From NCBI GenBank assembly GCA_044221725.1, contig JBGAON010000003.1, positions 542,517 through 606,516 of the forward strand: a stretch of 64,000 bases of DNA, read 5' to 3'. Position 1 is the first letter of the stretch. Each line of letters opens with the position of its first letter. The translations under genes were made by a program, and so were the position numbers. This document shows positions 9,612 to 20,702 of this stretch, in pieces. This stretch comes from Elusimicrobiota bacterium (GTDB taxonomy: Bacteria; Elusimicrobiota; Elusimicrobia; F11). The notes beneath the pieces are model-generated. The model ran no database searches and was not told the origin of the DNA. It saw nothing but the letters and a program-made list of their open reading frames with translations.

Positions 9612-11704
9612 AAACGAAATCAAACGGACAAGCGCTTCTCGAAATTGGTGTTGAAGAAATCCCCGCACGGTTCATGCCGGACGCGTTGCGCCAGCTTCGC
9701 GAATTTACCACGGAGAGGTTAAATACCGCTGGTTTACCATTCGCTTCGCTGCACGTGTACGGAACGCCGCGTCGACTTGTCGCAACCATCGATGGACTGC
9801 CCCAGCGTTCAAACGATCGAACGGATATCGCTGTGGGTCCCCCTCCGCAAGCGGCCAAGGACGCTCAAGGAAATTGGACGCCGGCCGCCACGGGTTTTGC
9901 GAAAGCACAGAAGGTGGCTGTTTCAGCGCTCGTGGTTCAAACGACTCCGAAAGGGGAGCGTTACGTGGCCATTCATCATGCGAAAGGTCAAAAAACCGAA
10001 GCGATTCTAAAGGAAATTTTCCCGGCTGTTATGCAACGCATCTCGTTCCCGAAATCGATGATTTGGGAATCGAGAGATATTTCGTTCGCACGCCCGATCC
10101 GTTGGATCCTCGCGTTGCACAATGCAAACGTGATACGTTTCAAATTCGCGGGCATCGCATCGGACCGCGCCACAATCGGACTTCTGTCTCTTGGTGGAGA
10201 GAAAATAAAAATTCCCAATGTTGCGCGGTACAAATCAATTTTGCAGGGGCGCTGCATTCTCGTCGACCAAGACGAGCGAAAAAAGAATATTTCGAGTCAG
10301 CTGGAATCGATCGCGAAGAAAACAAAATCAAATCCGGTCGTTTCGGATGATCACTTGGAAGAAGTTATTTACTTGACCGAATATCCGGGGTCTATCGTTG
10401 GTCATTTTCCCGACGCTTATCTGGCGTTGCCGCGCGAAGTGTTGATCAGCGTGCTGAAGAAACATCAAAAATTTTTCCCATTGGAAACGTCCAAAAAACA
10501 ATTGCTGAACAGCTTCGTCGGTGTTCGAAACGGGACTTCGGAAGCTCAAGAAGAAGTCCGCGAAGGATACGAACGTGTCGTAAACGCGCGCTTCGCTGAC
10601 GCAAAGTTCTTTTTTGAGCGTGACGGCGAAAACCCGCTCGATCAGTTGGTACCGAAACTCTCCGAGGTCGGATTTCACGCGAAGCTCGGATCCATGTTGG
10701 ATAAAACGAAGCGCGTTCAGCAGCTTACGCAGAAAATTGGAAGCGCGCTTTCTCTGTCCGAATCAATATTGGTTAACGCGGACAAAGCGGCGCATTTATC
10801 GAAGGCGGACTTGTTGACACAGATGGTTGGAGAATTTCCGGAGCTTCAGGGAATTGCCGGCCGCTTTTATGCCGATCACCAACAACAACCGAACATCGTT
10901 TCTTCCGCCATCGAGCAACATTATTGGCCGATTTCGGCGGAAAGTTTGTTACCAATGACGGACGAAGCGGCTCTTGTGGCTGTCGCCGACAAAATGGACA
11001 CGTTGGCCGCTAATTTTTCCGTTGGCCTCGTCCCGACAGGATCCGCCGATCCGTACGGGCTTCGTCGCATGAGCGCGGGTGTCGTACGAATCCTCGTCGA
11101 CCGAAAATGGAATATTTCGGTGGACGCGCTGCTCCATCTGGCGTTCGAAAATTTGACAACGGCGGTTGAACCGAAGGCAGTCGATGATCTGCGCGAATTC
11201 TTTAAGCAGCGGCTCGTCACGCTTTTCACGCAACAAGGCTACCGCGTGGATGAAATTGACGCGGTGCTTTCGGCGCGCGATCAAAGTCTTGTTATCGCTC
11301 AAGAAAAATTGAAGGCGCTTAAAGTTATTCGTGGCAAACCGGAATTTGAGGCGTTGTCCGTCGCGATCAAGCGCACAAACAACTTGTTGAAGCAAGCGAA
11401 CGCGAAAAATCTGGCGTTGCAGGCCGACGGGCTCGGTGAGCAGGAACAAAAACTCCACCGTGCTTCAATGGATATCCGCGCGCGGTTCTTTTCGTTCGTG
11501 AACGACCGTCGCTTTGAGGACGGATTGCTTTTGCTTGTGCAGTTGAAAAATCCGATCGACACGTATTTCAAGGAAGTCATGGTCATGGTGGACGACCAAG
11601 CGCTTCGCGAACAGCGGCTCGCCGTTTTGAACAACGTGAAAGAATTGTTTGATTCGGTTGCGGATTTTTCGAAACTTCAAACGGTATCCGCGAAAACCAA
11701 TTGA
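9608..11704 (+). CDS. glyS: Glycine--tRNA ligase beta subunit
   Basis: [43 protein letters not shown]. Confidence 0.96.
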   Translation: MKTKSNGQALLEIGVEEIPARFMPDALRQLREFTTERLNTAGLPFASLHVYGTPRRLVATIDGLPQRSNDRTDIAVGPPPQAAKDAQGNWTPAATGFAKAQKVAVSALVVQTTPKGERYVAIHHAKGQKTEAILKEIFPAVMQRISFPKSMIWESRDISFARPIRWILALHNANVIRFKFAGIASDRATIGLLSLGGEKIKIPNVARYKSILQGRCILVDQDERKKNISSQLESIAKKTKSNPVVSDDHLEEVIYLTEYPGSIVGHFPDAYLALPREVLISVLKKHQKFFPLETSKKQLLNSFVGVRNGTSEAQEEVREGYERVVNARFADAKFFFERDGENPLDQLVPKLSEVGFHAKLGSMLDKTKRVQQLTQKIGSALSLSESILVNADKAAHLSKADLLTQMVGEFPELQGIAGRFYADHQQQPNIVSSAIEQHYWPISAESLLPMTDEAALVAVADKMDTLAANFSVGLVPTGSADPYGLRRMSAGVVRILVDRKWNISVDALLHLAFENLTTAVEPKAVDDLREFFKQRLVTLFTQQGYRVDEIDAVLSARDQSLVIAQEKLKALKVIRGKPEFEALSVAIKRTNNLLKQANAKNLALQADGLGEQEQKLHRASMDIRARFFSFVNDRRFEDGLLLLVQLKNPIDTYFKEVMVMVDDQALREQRLAVLNNVKELFDSVADFSKLQTVSAKTN

Positions 11705-12501
11705 AACCCGGTTTTGTTCTGGCCATTGATGTCGGTAACACCGCAACGTCGATGGGTCTGTTCCGCGCGGCGTCAAATACAAAAAATCCAAAACCCACGC
11801 ATCTGTGGACCATCCGCACCGGCGATATCGCTAAGAAAAATCGCTTCGCGCAATTTCTAAAGAGAAAACTCCGCTCCGCACATTTGTCCCCCATCTCCGT
11901 TGTGGGCGGCATGGTCTCAAGTGTCGTTCCTCCCGTCGACAAACCGCTCGCAGCCCAATTGAAGCAGGTGTTTGGATATTCGTTTGCGTTTGTTTCCCCG
12001 CGAACCGCTCGGCGAGTGAAGATCCTTACAAAAAAACCGTCCGAGTTGGGGGCCGATCGAATTGTGAATGCGCGTGCGGCGATCGAATTTTTCAACGGCC
12101 CGTCGATCGTCGTGGATTTCGGCACGGCGACCACATTTGATTGTGTGTCGCGCTCGGGTGCCTATCTTGGTGGCGTGATTGCACCGGGGCCGGCTATTTC
12201 GGCGGAGGCGTTGTACAAGCGAACCGCGAAACTGCCGATGGTGTTTCTCGACAAGCCGGCCGTTGTGTTGGGCCGGAACACCACCGAATCCATTCGGTCC
12301 GGTTTGTATCACGGCTACCGCGGTCTCGTGCAGGAGATTGTTTTTCAACTGCGCAAGAAAATGGGCGTTCGCACACAGGTCATCGCGACGGGCGGCCAGG
12401 CGCATTGGATTTTGAAAGGAGCAAAAGGAATTGATTCTTATGTTCCGCATCTCACGCTCGCCGGTCTTTTTCATCTATGGCGAGACGCGCGCGTGATGTA
12501 A
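11701..12501 (+). CDS. coaX: Type III pantothenate kinase
   Basis: AIDVGNT, SSVVP, LGADR, VDFGTATT, GG.IAPG, ATGG. Confidence 0.95.
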   Translation: MKPGFVLAIDVGNTATSMGLFRAASNTKNPKPTHLWTIRTGDIAKKNRFAQFLKRKLRSAHLSPISVVGGMVSSVVPPVDKPLAAQLKQVFGYSFAFVSPRTARRVKILTKKPSELGADRIVNARAAIEFFNGPSIVVDFGTATTFDCVSRSGAYLGGVIAPGPAISAEALYKRTAKLPMVFLDKPAVVLGRNTTESIRSGLYHGYRGLVQEIVFQLRKKMGVRTQVIATGGQAHWILKGAKGIDSYVPHLTLAGLFHLWRDARVM

Positions 12502-12534
12502 TATCTCGGAAATTCATTCACGGGGGAAAGATCG

Positions 12535-13266
12535 ATGAAACACACGAAAAAAATTGTTTACGTCTCACTGCTTCTGCTGGGTACGGGCGTCGCGCACGCC
12601 GACCATTTCTCGAACAATATCGGAGTGATTGATCAGCAATCCGTGGATGCGCTAACAAAAGATCTCGGTTCGGCCATCGGCGCTGGAAGTTTCCACACGG
12701 GGAAAGCCCTCGGTTTCCCTCTCGGTTTTGACGTTGGCGTGCACGTGCCTGTCGTCGGTGTAAAAGACGAAGACAAAGTTTTGAAAGACGATGGCTCGAC
12801 GCTCGTCGCGAAATGGGCTCAGGCGGAAGTTGGGTTGCCTTTTCACCTCAATCTCATCGGTCGTTACGGAAAAATCGAAGACGCCAATGCCTATGGTGGA
12901 GGTTTGCGTTGGGGCATTTTGAATCCCTCCATTCCTGGCATTCCGGCGATTTCAATCGCTGGTTTGTACACGAAAGCCACCCACGACGACTTTGATGCCG
13001 AAACGTTTTCGGGCAACGTGGCATTATCGTTTGATGTCCCATTCATTCATCCTTTCATCGGCGCCGGTTACGATCACACGAAATTGGATATTAGCGACAG
13101 CGCTCCTGTGACCGCCGCGCAAAAAAGCTTGAGCGGTACGCAGGATGGTTACCGCGTGGAAGGTGGGATCAATCTGAGTTTGATTCCGTTCACCTACATC
13201 ACGTTGGCCGGAGGAATGGCAAACAGCGAAGCTTTCTATCACGCAGGATTGGGAGTCAATTTCTAA
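12535..13266 (+). CDS. Exported protein, probable outer-membrane beta-barrel
   Basis: Signal peptide ending AHA, alternating beta-strand pattern, terminal Phe (GLGVNF). Confidence 0.65.
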   Translation: MKHTKKIVYVSLLLLGTGVAHADHFSNNIGVIDQQSVDALTKDLGSAIGAGSFHTGKALGFPLGFDVGVHVPVVGVKDEDKVLKDDGSTLVAKWAQAEVGLPFHLNLIGRYGKIEDANAYGGGLRWGILNPSIPGIPAISIAGLYTKATHDDFDAETFSGNVALSFDVPFIHPFIGAGYDHTKLDISDSAPVTAAQKSLSGTQDGYRVEGGINLSLIPFTYITLAGGMANSEAFYHAGLGVNF

Positions 13267-14226
13267 ATGGACGATAGCGCGTTCGAACGCTGGACGGAAA
13301 AGCAAACCGAACTTCGGAAAAATCGCCAGACAATAATCGACCAAGCCGTTCAGGACAAAGCCGACTCGTTTGGTCCGGATGAATTTTATCGGATCGCTCA
13401 AGAAAGCGTTGAAAAGATTATGGATACCTGGCTCGAGTTGGAGCAGGGCTCGTGGCAGCAGAATCCCCCCGACAATGTGAGCGAGGCGCTCGACAACACG
13501 CGCAGCGAAATGGATTCCATACTTGATTTTGAAATCGAAGCCATTGATCGTGATCGTGTGTCGGTTGTTTCTCGAATTACATGGGCGCCCGACTCTATGA
13601 ACCAAGAGATGACCGATTTCCAAACCGTCGCCAATGAGATCCGCAAAAAATATCAGCTGAAGATCAATGGACTTGGTGGTGGATCCAAGAAAAAGCGGGC
13701 CGCCGAGTCTCCGATGCCCGTGCCATCCACAGTTCGTTCATCGGGCGGTTCATCCGGCGGAAGCGGTTTCAGCATGCTCGTTATGTTTGTGGTGGGGTTG
13801 CTGTTGGGTGGCGCGCCGTCCTATTTTTTCATGGACAACGTTAAGAAATCGGAGAAAAAGTTCGGCGACGAACGCAAAAAAATGCAAATCGAACAGCAAG
13901 CTCTTTCGGACAGCGTCACGGTCCTTCACGAAAATTTCGAACGGCTCGCTTACGGAAAAATAAAAAACATTCCGGAGCTTGATCACGACATCGAACAAAT
14001 TAAGAGCCGGTTCGCTCAGCGACGCCAACAAATCGATGCGAACTATCAGCAACAACGCGATCGTGTGTTGAGAAAGGTTCCTGCGGGCAACCGGCAGGAC
14101 AACGCGATTTCAGAACTTACGAGCGATCGCGATATTCAATTGGCAGAGGCGCGAAAACAAGAAGAGGCGGCGGTGGGTTCTCTTCAGAAGCAGCGGGACG
14201 TTTTAGCGGAGCTGCTGAAACACTAG
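13267..14226 (+). CDS. Hypothetical bitopic membrane protein with coiled-coil C-terminus
   Basis: 319-aa ORF abutting the upstream gene. One central TM after a Ser/Gly linker, then a charged helical tail. Confidence 0.65.
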   Translation: MDDSAFERWTEKQTELRKNRQTIIDQAVQDKADSFGPDEFYRIAQESVEKIMDTWLELEQGSWQQNPPDNVSEALDNTRSEMDSILDFEIEAIDRDRVSVVSRITWAPDSMNQEMTDFQTVANEIRKKYQLKINGLGGGSKKKRAAESPMPVPSTVRSSGGSSGGSGFSMLVMFVVGLLLGGAPSYFFMDNVKKSEKKFGDERKKMQIEQQALSDSVTVLHENFERLAYGKIKNIPELDHDIEQIKSRFAQRRQQIDANYQQQRDRVLRKVPAGNRQDNAISELTSDRDIQLAEARKQEEAAVGSLQKQRDVLAELLKH

Positions 14227-15140
14227 CGACAAGCAACGTCTTTAATTCGGCCAATCTTTTCGCCCGACGCATCCCACGCGTAGGGGCATTGTTGTTTCGA
14301 TATTCCGAGATGATGCGTCTTTGACGCGTACACGATAATTTTCCCTTCGTAACGACCTTTCATCACGACCGTTTCCAGCGAAGATGCTTTCCCAATGACG
14401 CGCTCGCCACCGCCACTGAGGGAGATTCGGTGAATAGCAGGTTCCGGATTGTTTGCTGATGGCTTTTCCTGAACGAACAAGCGGTTCCCTTCCAGCGAGA
14501 AAAGCAGCGTGTTGCACGACGGATACACCGCGATTTTTTTGCGCGTCAATTTGCGCGTATCAACAACCCAAATTTCGGCGTGCGACGTATCGTCGGTCTG
14601 ACGGAAAAATGCGACGCGCCGGCCGTCGGGCGAAAGGATCGCTTCGTGGATGTTTGACGACTGTGCGATGACCTTCGATTTGTCATTCTCGAGAAGCAGA
14701 ATTTTGTCTGGGAAGATCGAAATGCGCGCGCCGTTTTTCGCCGGCGCTTCGAGCGGTAACCAGTCCGACTGCGGCAACGAAATCACTTGCTGATTTTTTT
14801 CTCGTTCAAAGAAATCGACAGCGCTTTGGAGCCACATCGATTGACCCTCGATATACGGGCGATCGAGCTTTGCATCGATGGCCGCGCGAATGCGCGCAAT
14901 GATCGGTTCCATTTTCTTGACTGTTTTTTTATCGGAGAGATCGGCGTTCGCGACGGCGTCGTGAATGATCTTGTTGAATTCGATGCGCTTGCTCTCGAGA
15001 TCGGTCATTTCGAGTTGACGCAGGTAATACGGGATTTCGGTGTAGGATGTCTGTTGCGGTGCGGGATCGGCTGCGTTAACGACCGCAACCGTTAGAAAAA
15101 GGAAAAACGAACTAGCGAGCTTTCGTCCCAAAATGCTCAC
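14223..15140 (-). CDS. Exported protein with partial TolB/PD40-like beta-propeller (start uncertain)
   Basis: Signal-like N-terminus ending [13 protein letters not shown] and FSLEGNRLF repeats. Confidence 0.6.
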   Translation of the reverse strand: MSILGRKLASSFFLFLTVAVVNAADPAPQQTSYTEIPYYLRQLEMTDLESKRIEFNKIIHDAVANADLSDKKTVKKMEPIIARIRAAIDAKLDRPYIEGQSMWLQSAVDFFEREKNQQVISLPQSDWLPLEAPAKNGARISIFPDKILLLENDKSKVIAQSSNIHEAILSPDGRRVAFFRQTDDTSHAEIWVVDTRKLTRKKIAVYPSCNTLLFSLEGNRLFVQEKPSANNPEPAIHRISLSGGGERVIGKASSLETVVMKGRYEGKIIVYASKTHHLGISKQQCPYAWDASGEKIGRIKDVACR

Positions 15141-16017
15141 AGACCGTGATTCCAATTGTGGCCGGTGAATCGGCCACAATCACGCCATTTTTTCGGAGCT
15201 CTTGGATCTTGTCTTCGGCCTTGCCGGATCCGCCTTCGACGATGGCTCCCGCGTGGCCCATGCGTTTGCCCGGAGGCGCCGTCACGCCCGCGATGAACGC
15301 AAAAAGTGGTTTCGACATTTTCGTTTTAAAGTAATGCGCGGCTTCTTCCTCGGCGCGTCCGCCAATTTCGCCGAGCATCACGACCGCTTCCGTTTGAGAA
15401 TCGTTTTGAAAGAGTTCCAGCACATCCACAAAGTTGGTTCCGTTCACGGGATCGCCGCCAATCCCAACGACCGTTGACTGACCAAGGCCCAGCTTCGTGA
15501 GTTGCCACACCGCTTCGTACGTGAGCGTGCCCGAGCGTGATACGATTCCAATCGGGCCGCGTTTGTGAATGTAACCCGGCATGATGCCCACTTTGCACGC
15601 GTCCACGGTGATGACACCGGGACAATTGGGACCAATCAAGCGCACTTTGTCTGTGTCGCTCTTGTTGCTATTCCAGCGGTTCATTAAATGTTTGACGCGA
15701 ACCATGTCGAGCACCGGAATTCCTTCGGTAATGGCAATGATCAACCGAATTCCGGCTTCCATTGCTTCGAGGATGGCGTCCGCGCACAACGGCGCCGGCA
15801 CAAAAATCATCGAGACGTCGGCTTGGGTTGCGCGAACAGCGTCGCTCACGGTGTCAAAAATCGGTGTGCCTTCGAAATCGGTGCCGCCTTTGCCAGGCGT
15901 TACGCCTCCCACGATTTTTGTTCCGTATTCTTTGCACAGCCGCGTGTGGAAGGATCCGGCCGAGCCTGTGATTCCCTGGCAGATAACCTTCGAACCAGTG
16001 TTAAGAAGAATGCCCAT
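15112..16017 (-). CDS. sucD: Succinyl-CoA synthetase alpha subunit
   Basis: [39 protein letters not shown]. Confidence 0.97.
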   Translation of the reverse strand: MGILLNTGSKVICQGITGSAGSFHTRLCKEYGTKIVGGVTPGKGGTDFEGTPIFDTVSDAVRATQADVSMIFVPAPLCADAILEAMEAGIRLIIAITEGIPVLDMVRVKHLMNRWNSNKSDTDKVRLIGPNCPGVITVDACKVGIMPGYIHKRGPIGIVSRSGTLTYEAVWQLTKLGLGQSTVVGIGGDPVNGTNFVDVLELFQNDSQTEAVVMLGEIGGRAEEEAAHYFKTKMSKPLFAFIAGVTAPPGKRMGHAGAIVEGGSGKAEDKIQELRKNGVIVADSPATIGITVCEHFGTKAR

Positions 16018-17185
16018 TTTTATGTCCCACCGACTCCACGATAAGTTTCGCCGCTTCGTCGAGGCTCGATGCGGCTTTCAGCGGCAATTTCGATTTTGCG
16101 AGCATTTGTTTCCCTTCTTCGGATTTGTTGCCTTCGAGCCGAACAACCAAAGGTACCGTCAGCTTTATTTTTTTTACCGCGGCAATGATGCCCTCGGCAA
16201 TCACGTCGCAGCGCATGATGCCACCAAAAATGTTAACGAGCACCCCTTCAACGCGCTTGTCCGACAAAATAATCTTGAAGGCTTCCGTGACTTGGTCGGC
16301 CGTAGCACCGCCGCCGACATCAAGGAAATTTGCTGGCTCGCCGCCATGCAGTTTGATGATGTCCATGGTTGCCATGGCAAGCCCCGCACCGTTCACGAGG
16401 CAACCGACGCTGCCATCGAGTTTTATGTAAGAAATTTTGGCTTTGGCTGCCTGTTTCTCGGCTGCGGGTTGCGGGCTTTCGTCTTTCCATTTAAGTTGGT
16501 CTTCGTGTCGATAGAGTGCGTTGTCGTCGGTGGACATTTTTCCGTCGAGCGCCATGAGCGTCCCGTCTTCGGTGACCGCCAGCGGATTTACCTCCACCAT
16601 GTTTGCGTCAATGGAAACAAAGATATCGTAAAGCCGCGACAGAAACGCGGCGCCTTCGTTTATAAGCTTTCCGGAAAGTCCGAGTTGCTTCGCAATATTC
16701 CGCGCGCGGTACGCTGGCAGTTTTTCGAGCGGATCCAGTGGAAAGCGAAGAATGGCATCCGGCCGCTCCTTGGCGAGAGTTTCGATGTCCATGCCGCCTT
16801 GAGCCGAAGCGATGAGAAGCGGGGCCGCTGCCTTGCGATCAAGAACGATGCTCACATACATTTCGCGTGCAATCTTCGGCAGCGATTTTTCAATAAGAAG
16901 CGCCATGACCTTTTCGCCTTTGGGACCCGTCTGATGGGTGACGAGCGGCTTTGAGAAAAGCAGTTTTGCAAGCGCCGTGGCTTCCTTCGGAGTTTTGACG
17001 ATTTTCACGCCGCCGGCTTTCCCGCGGCCACCCGCCAAGATTTGCGCCTTAACTGCCCACGGACCTTTGCCCAGCTTTTTGATTGCCGTTTTGACAGAGG
17101 CCGCGTTAAAAACTACTTCTCCCTGCGGTTTGGGAATTCGGAACCGTTCGTAAACGGCCTTCGCTTGGTACTCGTAGAATTTCAT
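16001..17185 (-). CDS. sucC: Succinyl-CoA synthetase beta subunit
   Basis: [44 protein letters not shown]. Confidence 0.97.
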   Translation of the reverse strand: MKFYEYQAKAVYERFRIPKPQGEVVFNAASVKTAIKKLGKGPWAVKAQILAGGRGKAGGVKIVKTPKEATALAKLLFSKPLVTHQTGPKGEKVMALLIEKSLPKIAREMYVSIVLDRKAAAPLLIASAQGGMDIETLAKERPDAILRFPLDPLEKLPAYRARNIAKQLGLSGKLINEGAAFLSRLYDIFVSIDANMVEVNPLAVTEDGTLMALDGKMSTDDNALYRHEDQLKWKDESPQPAAEKQAAKAKISYIKLDGSVGCLVNGAGLAMATMDIIKLHGGEPANFLDVGGGATADQVTEAFKIILSDKRVEGVLVNIFGGIMRCDVIAEGIIAAVKKIKLTVPLVVRLEGNKSEEGKQMLAKSKLPLKAASSLDEAAKLIVESVGHKNGHSS

Positions 17186-17197
17186 TCCGTGACGGGG

Positions 17198-18052
17198 TCA
17201 GCGATAACTATCGAGAAGCTGGTTCATGTCCCCTTTGCCTTTTGTTTGAGCGAGCTCGATGATTTTTTCGGTTCGCTTGGCGTAGGAGTCACGGACCACT
17301 TCATGGAAAACACCGATGTAGGTTTTATCGGGGTCCTGCCACAAATCCAGTGCCTGAAGTTTGTCTTTTGGATCGTGTGTGTCGGGTATCATCGTAACGT
17401 TCTTCGTGTAGTACGGATAGGTGTTGTTGAACACGACGCACGGTGAAATTACATGCAAGAACGAGAAACCCGGATGACGCGCGGCTCGAACGATCAGATC
17501 GATCAATTGATTTAACTGACCGGAAAAACCGCGTGCCACAAACGAAGCGTTGTACGCGAGCGCGAGGCCAATGGGGTTTAAATTGTCTTCGGATGCTCCA
17601 TAGGGAAGGCTGCGGGCCGACGAATTTTTCCCCGTCGTGGGAGACGCCTGGCCCTTTGTAAGTCCGTATGTTGAGTTGTCGAGCATGATATAGGTAATGT
17701 CGACGTTGCGCCGCGCGGCGTGAGGAAAATGTCCACCGCCGATCGCAAGACCGTCACCATCGCCACCGACCGCAAAAACATGCAGTTTCGGATTGGCCAG
17801 TTTCAATCCGGTCGCCGTTGGAAGAACCCGACCATGCACGCCGTGAAATCCGTAGCACGACGTGAAAACAGGGGTGCGTCCTGAGCAACCGATGCCCGAC
17901 ATCACCGCGGTTTCGTGTGTCTTGTAACCGAGGATTCCGAGCGCTTTGTAAATCGCGTGCAAGACGGAAAAATCGCCACAGCCGGGACACCAGGTGACCG
18001 GAACCGCACTCTTGTAAGTTTCTGTGTTGGTTGTCTTAACGGCTTCAGGCAC
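17198..18052 (-). CDS. korB: 2-oxoacid (probably 2-oxoglutarate):ferredoxin oxidoreductase beta subunit
   Basis: WCPGCG, SGIGCS, HGR, GGDGD, YGLTKGQ.SPT. Cotranscribed with sucCD. Confidence 0.9.
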   Translation of the reverse strand: MPEAVKTTNTETYKSAVPVTWCPGCGDFSVLHAIYKALGILGYKTHETAVMSGIGCSGRTPVFTSCYGFHGVHGRVLPTATGLKLANPKLHVFAVGGDGDGLAIGGGHFPHAARRNVDITYIMLDNSTYGLTKGQASPTTGKNSSARSLPYGASEDNLNPIGLALAYNASFVARGFSGQLNQLIDLIVRAARHPGFSFLHVISPCVVFNNTYPYYTKNVTMIPDTHDPKDKLQALDLWQDPDKTYIGVFHEVVRDSYAKRTEKIIELAQTKGKGDMNQLLDSYR

Positions 18053-19766
18053 GACGAATCACCTCCTCGATACGATTGAACAATTCGTCCGGATCGAATG
18101 GCATTCCGTTGCATTTCGTGAACGATTGGAACGGATACAAATAGCGAGCGCGAAGAATTTGGCAAAGCTGACCCGTGTAATTAATTTCAGGCACGATCAC
18201 GTGCTTGAGACCCGTGAGAAAACTGCGAATTTCTTCATCGGGCAGCGGATGAATCATTTTGATTGTGAGCGCCTTCACTTCGAGCCCGTGCGTAGCAGCG
18301 GTGTTGATTGCCTCTTCAAGCGGACCTTCGGTCGAACCCCAGCAAATCACGCCAACCGTTGCATGCTCGTCACCGAAGCGACGCGTGAATCCTTTTTCTT
18401 TTGCAATGAAATCGAGTTTGCGGTGACGTTTGGCCGACATGCGTTGATGGTTGCTCGGCGACCAACTTGGATGTCCGTGTTCATCATGCTCCAATCCGGT
18501 GGTGACAAAATTAAGCCCTTCATCACCGGGGAACGCGACCGGCGAAACTCCGTTTTCGGTATCCAAAAATCGTTTGTAATCCCCGTTCCGCTGTGCGCGG
18601 ATGCGATTTCCAACTTGCAGGTTATCAAGATTGGGCCGGGTGAATGTTTGAGTGCGGTGAGAAAGAGACTGATCGGAGAGCATAACGACGGGAATCTGAT
18701 ATTTTTCGGCGATGTAGAACGCTTTCACCATTCCGTAGAAACAATCTTTCACGTTCGAGGGCGCCAATACCACGCGCGGCGCATCGCCGTGTCCCATGTT
18801 TACGGCAAACGACAAATCGGATTGTTCGGTCTTCGTGGGCATTCCGGTCGATGGGCCCGACCGCTGGGCATCAATAATAACCACCGGCGTTTCCGTCATT
18901 GTTGCCAGACCAACCACTTCCGCCATGAGCGATAATCCGGGTCCCGAGGTGGCTGTCAGCGCTTTTGCTCCGCCAAACGATGCACCGACGCAGGACGCAA
19001 TCGCGGAAATTTCATCTTCTGTTTGAACCGCTACACCGCCGAAACGAGGAATCTGTTTTTCCATGAAACTTAAAATGTCTGAGGCGGGTGTGATCGGGTA
19101 TCCGGCGTAGTATCGGCATCCGGCCGCTACAGCTCCGGCGGACATCGCTTCGTTACCGGACATGATGAGTTTTCGTTCTTTTCGGATGCTGGCCGGAACA
19201 TTCAAGTCGCGACCGACCGGATGGGTTTCTCCCCATTTATATCCTTCGTCGATCGCCTTTAAATTTTTCTCGGTGACGTCGCCGCCTTTCTTGCCAAATT
19301 TTTCTTCGACGAGCGATTTAAAACCGTCCAGTGGAATTCCAATCAATTGGCCGAGTAGCGCCAATGCGACCATGTTTTTGCTTTTCTTGAGCCCGACCCC
19401 TTCGGTGGCAATCGTCGTGAGCGGGGCGCCGTAAAGTTGAACACTCGAAGGCACTTTCTTTTCCGGATCAAAAACAGACGAATCGTAAACGAGCAGGCCA
19501 TCCGCCTTTAATTCCGCGGCATGCAGATCGATGGCTTCTTCGTTAAACGCCATGAGCACATCAAGTTTTGTTCCGACCGATAACACCGGGTGATCGGCGA
19601 AGCGCAATTGGAACATGGCGGGTCCGCCTTTGATTTCTGCCGGATAGGTTCGGAAAGTGAAAACATCTCGGCGGGCACGAGCTACGGCGGTGGTGAGAAG
19701 TTCGCCGGTTGAAATTACACCTTCTCCACCTTCACCGGCGATGCGTACTGTCAAATTGCTGGGCAT
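18045..19766 (-). CDS. korA: 2-oxoacid:ferredoxin oxidoreductase alpha (gamma-alpha fusion) subunit
   Basis: GEGGEG, YPAEIKGG, YPITP, EDEI, TSGPG, QRSGPSTGMPTK. Confidence 0.9.
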   Translation of the reverse strand: MPSNLTVRIAGEGGEGVISTGELLTTAVARARRDVFTFRTYPAEIKGGPAMFQLRFADHPVLSVGTKLDVLMAFNEEAIDLHAAELKADGLLVYDSSVFDPEKKVPSSVQLYGAPLTTIATEGVGLKKSKNMVALALLGQLIGIPLDGFKSLVEEKFGKKGGDVTEKNLKAIDEGYKWGETHPVGRDLNVPASIRKERKLIMSGNEAMSAGAVAAGCRYYAGYPITPASDILSFMEKQIPRFGGVAVQTEDEISAIASCVGASFGGAKALTATSGPGLSLMAEVVGLATMTETPVVIIDAQRSGPSTGMPTKTEQSDLSFAVNMGHGDAPRVVLAPSNVKDCFYGMVKAFYIAEKYQIPVVMLSDQSLSHRTQTFTRPNLDNLQVGNRIRAQRNGDYKRFLDTENGVSPVAFPGDEGLNFVTTGLEHDEHGHPSWSPSNHQRMSAKRHRKLDFIAKEKGFTRRFGDEHATVGVICWGSTEGPLEEAINTAATHGLEVKALTIKMIHPLPDEEIRSFLTGLKHVIVPEINYTGQLCQILRARYLYPFQSFTKCNGMPFDPDELFNRIEEVIRRA

Positions 19767-19818
19767 GAACTTGTTCCTCTTCCGTTATAAAAACGACCAA
19801 AATCGATGCGATAATCCG

Positions 19819-19847
19819 AGTTTAACCACCAACCGGATTGATGTCAA
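19819..19847 (-). promoter_or_regulatory. Sigma70-type promoter of korAB-sucCD
   Basis: TTGACA-N17-TAAACT on the minus strand upstream of korA. Confidence 0.7.
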
Positions 19848-20611
19848 GGCAACGCAGGTTCGGAGGTTTTTCGGCGTGTTCGGTCGTGCACGGCGGCGAT
19901 TAAAAGCCAGAGCGCCATGCCGACCACGAAGATAAACGAAAACCATTTGCCATAGGTTCCATCGGGCGAATAAGGCTCCGTCGCGGCATGCCATGTTTCG
20001 GAGTTTGGAAAAACTCCGGCTTCACAGAGTTCATGAAAAGCCGTGAGCGCCACCTGGAGCATGAAAAATATCAGGTAGATACCGGTGACCTGAAAAAAGC
20101 GCCGCAAATTTATTAAGTGGCTGTACCGAACCCAAAAATAGGAAATGATCGAAGCGCCGATTAATCCCAAAAAGCTTCCGAGAATGAAGCGACCGTTCTT
20201 CACTTGAAACAGCATGAGCGCGGTTTCCATTCCTTCTCGCGTCACGAGGAACACCGTGAGCAAGAATACTCCGATCAGTGCTGATTTTTCGGCGGGTTTG
20301 CTGGAAGCTTCAGAAAGTTTTTGTTCCATTTCTTTTTTAAAAGATGGGCCCAGCCGCCACATGTGAACGATCATGGAGGCGACAAGCACGGCCGTAACGG
20401 CTCCGAGAATCCCCTCGAGCAGCGAGTTATTGGCAATTTTCATCAATACGAACGCCAGCGCGCTCGAAGCCAAAACCGACGCACCAATCCCCACTTTCAC
20501 GGCGGGCAAAAGTTGATGCCGCCCAGATTTTCTGAGATAAGAGAAGAGAACGGCCACGATGAGAAACGATTCGAGGCCCTCTCTTGCAACGATGATAAAC
20601 GCTTGTAGCAT
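19844..20611 (-). CDS. FTR1/EfeU-family iron permease
   Basis: Two REGxE motifs (REGLE, REGME) in TM helices. Confidence 0.9.
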   Translation of the reverse strand: MLQAFIIVAREGLESFLIVAVLFSYLRKSGRHQLLPAVKVGIGASVLASSALAFVLMKIANNSLLEGILGAVTAVLVASMIVHMWRLGPSFKKEMEQKLSEASSKPAEKSALIGVFLLTVFLVTREGMETALMLFQVKNGRFILGSFLGLIGASIISYFWVRYSHLINLRRFFQVTGIYLIFFMLQVALTAFHELCEAGVFPNSETWHAATEPYSPDGTYGKWFSFIFVVGMALWLLIAAVHDRTRRKTSEPALP

Positions 20612-20621
20612 AAATGGTCTT

Positions 20622-20666
20622 ATTGAAAAGTTATTTCATTTCACGACAAAACGCGAATGCTGTCAA
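20622..20666 (-). promoter_or_regulatory. FTR1 promoter with possible Fur-like box
   Basis: TTGACA-N17-TGAAAT, followed by the imperfect palindrome TGAAATA-A-CTTTTCA. Confidence 0.4.
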
Positions 20667-20702
20667 CAGGGGAACCGTCGGCTACGCCTCGTCTCGGCTT
20701 CT

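Noticed and set aside
15581..16954. 457-aa plus-strand ORF and similar long antisense ORFs (e.g. 2826-3704, 18024-18935)
   Set aside because: Shadow frames opposite well-conserved housekeeping genes, with no recognisable motifs
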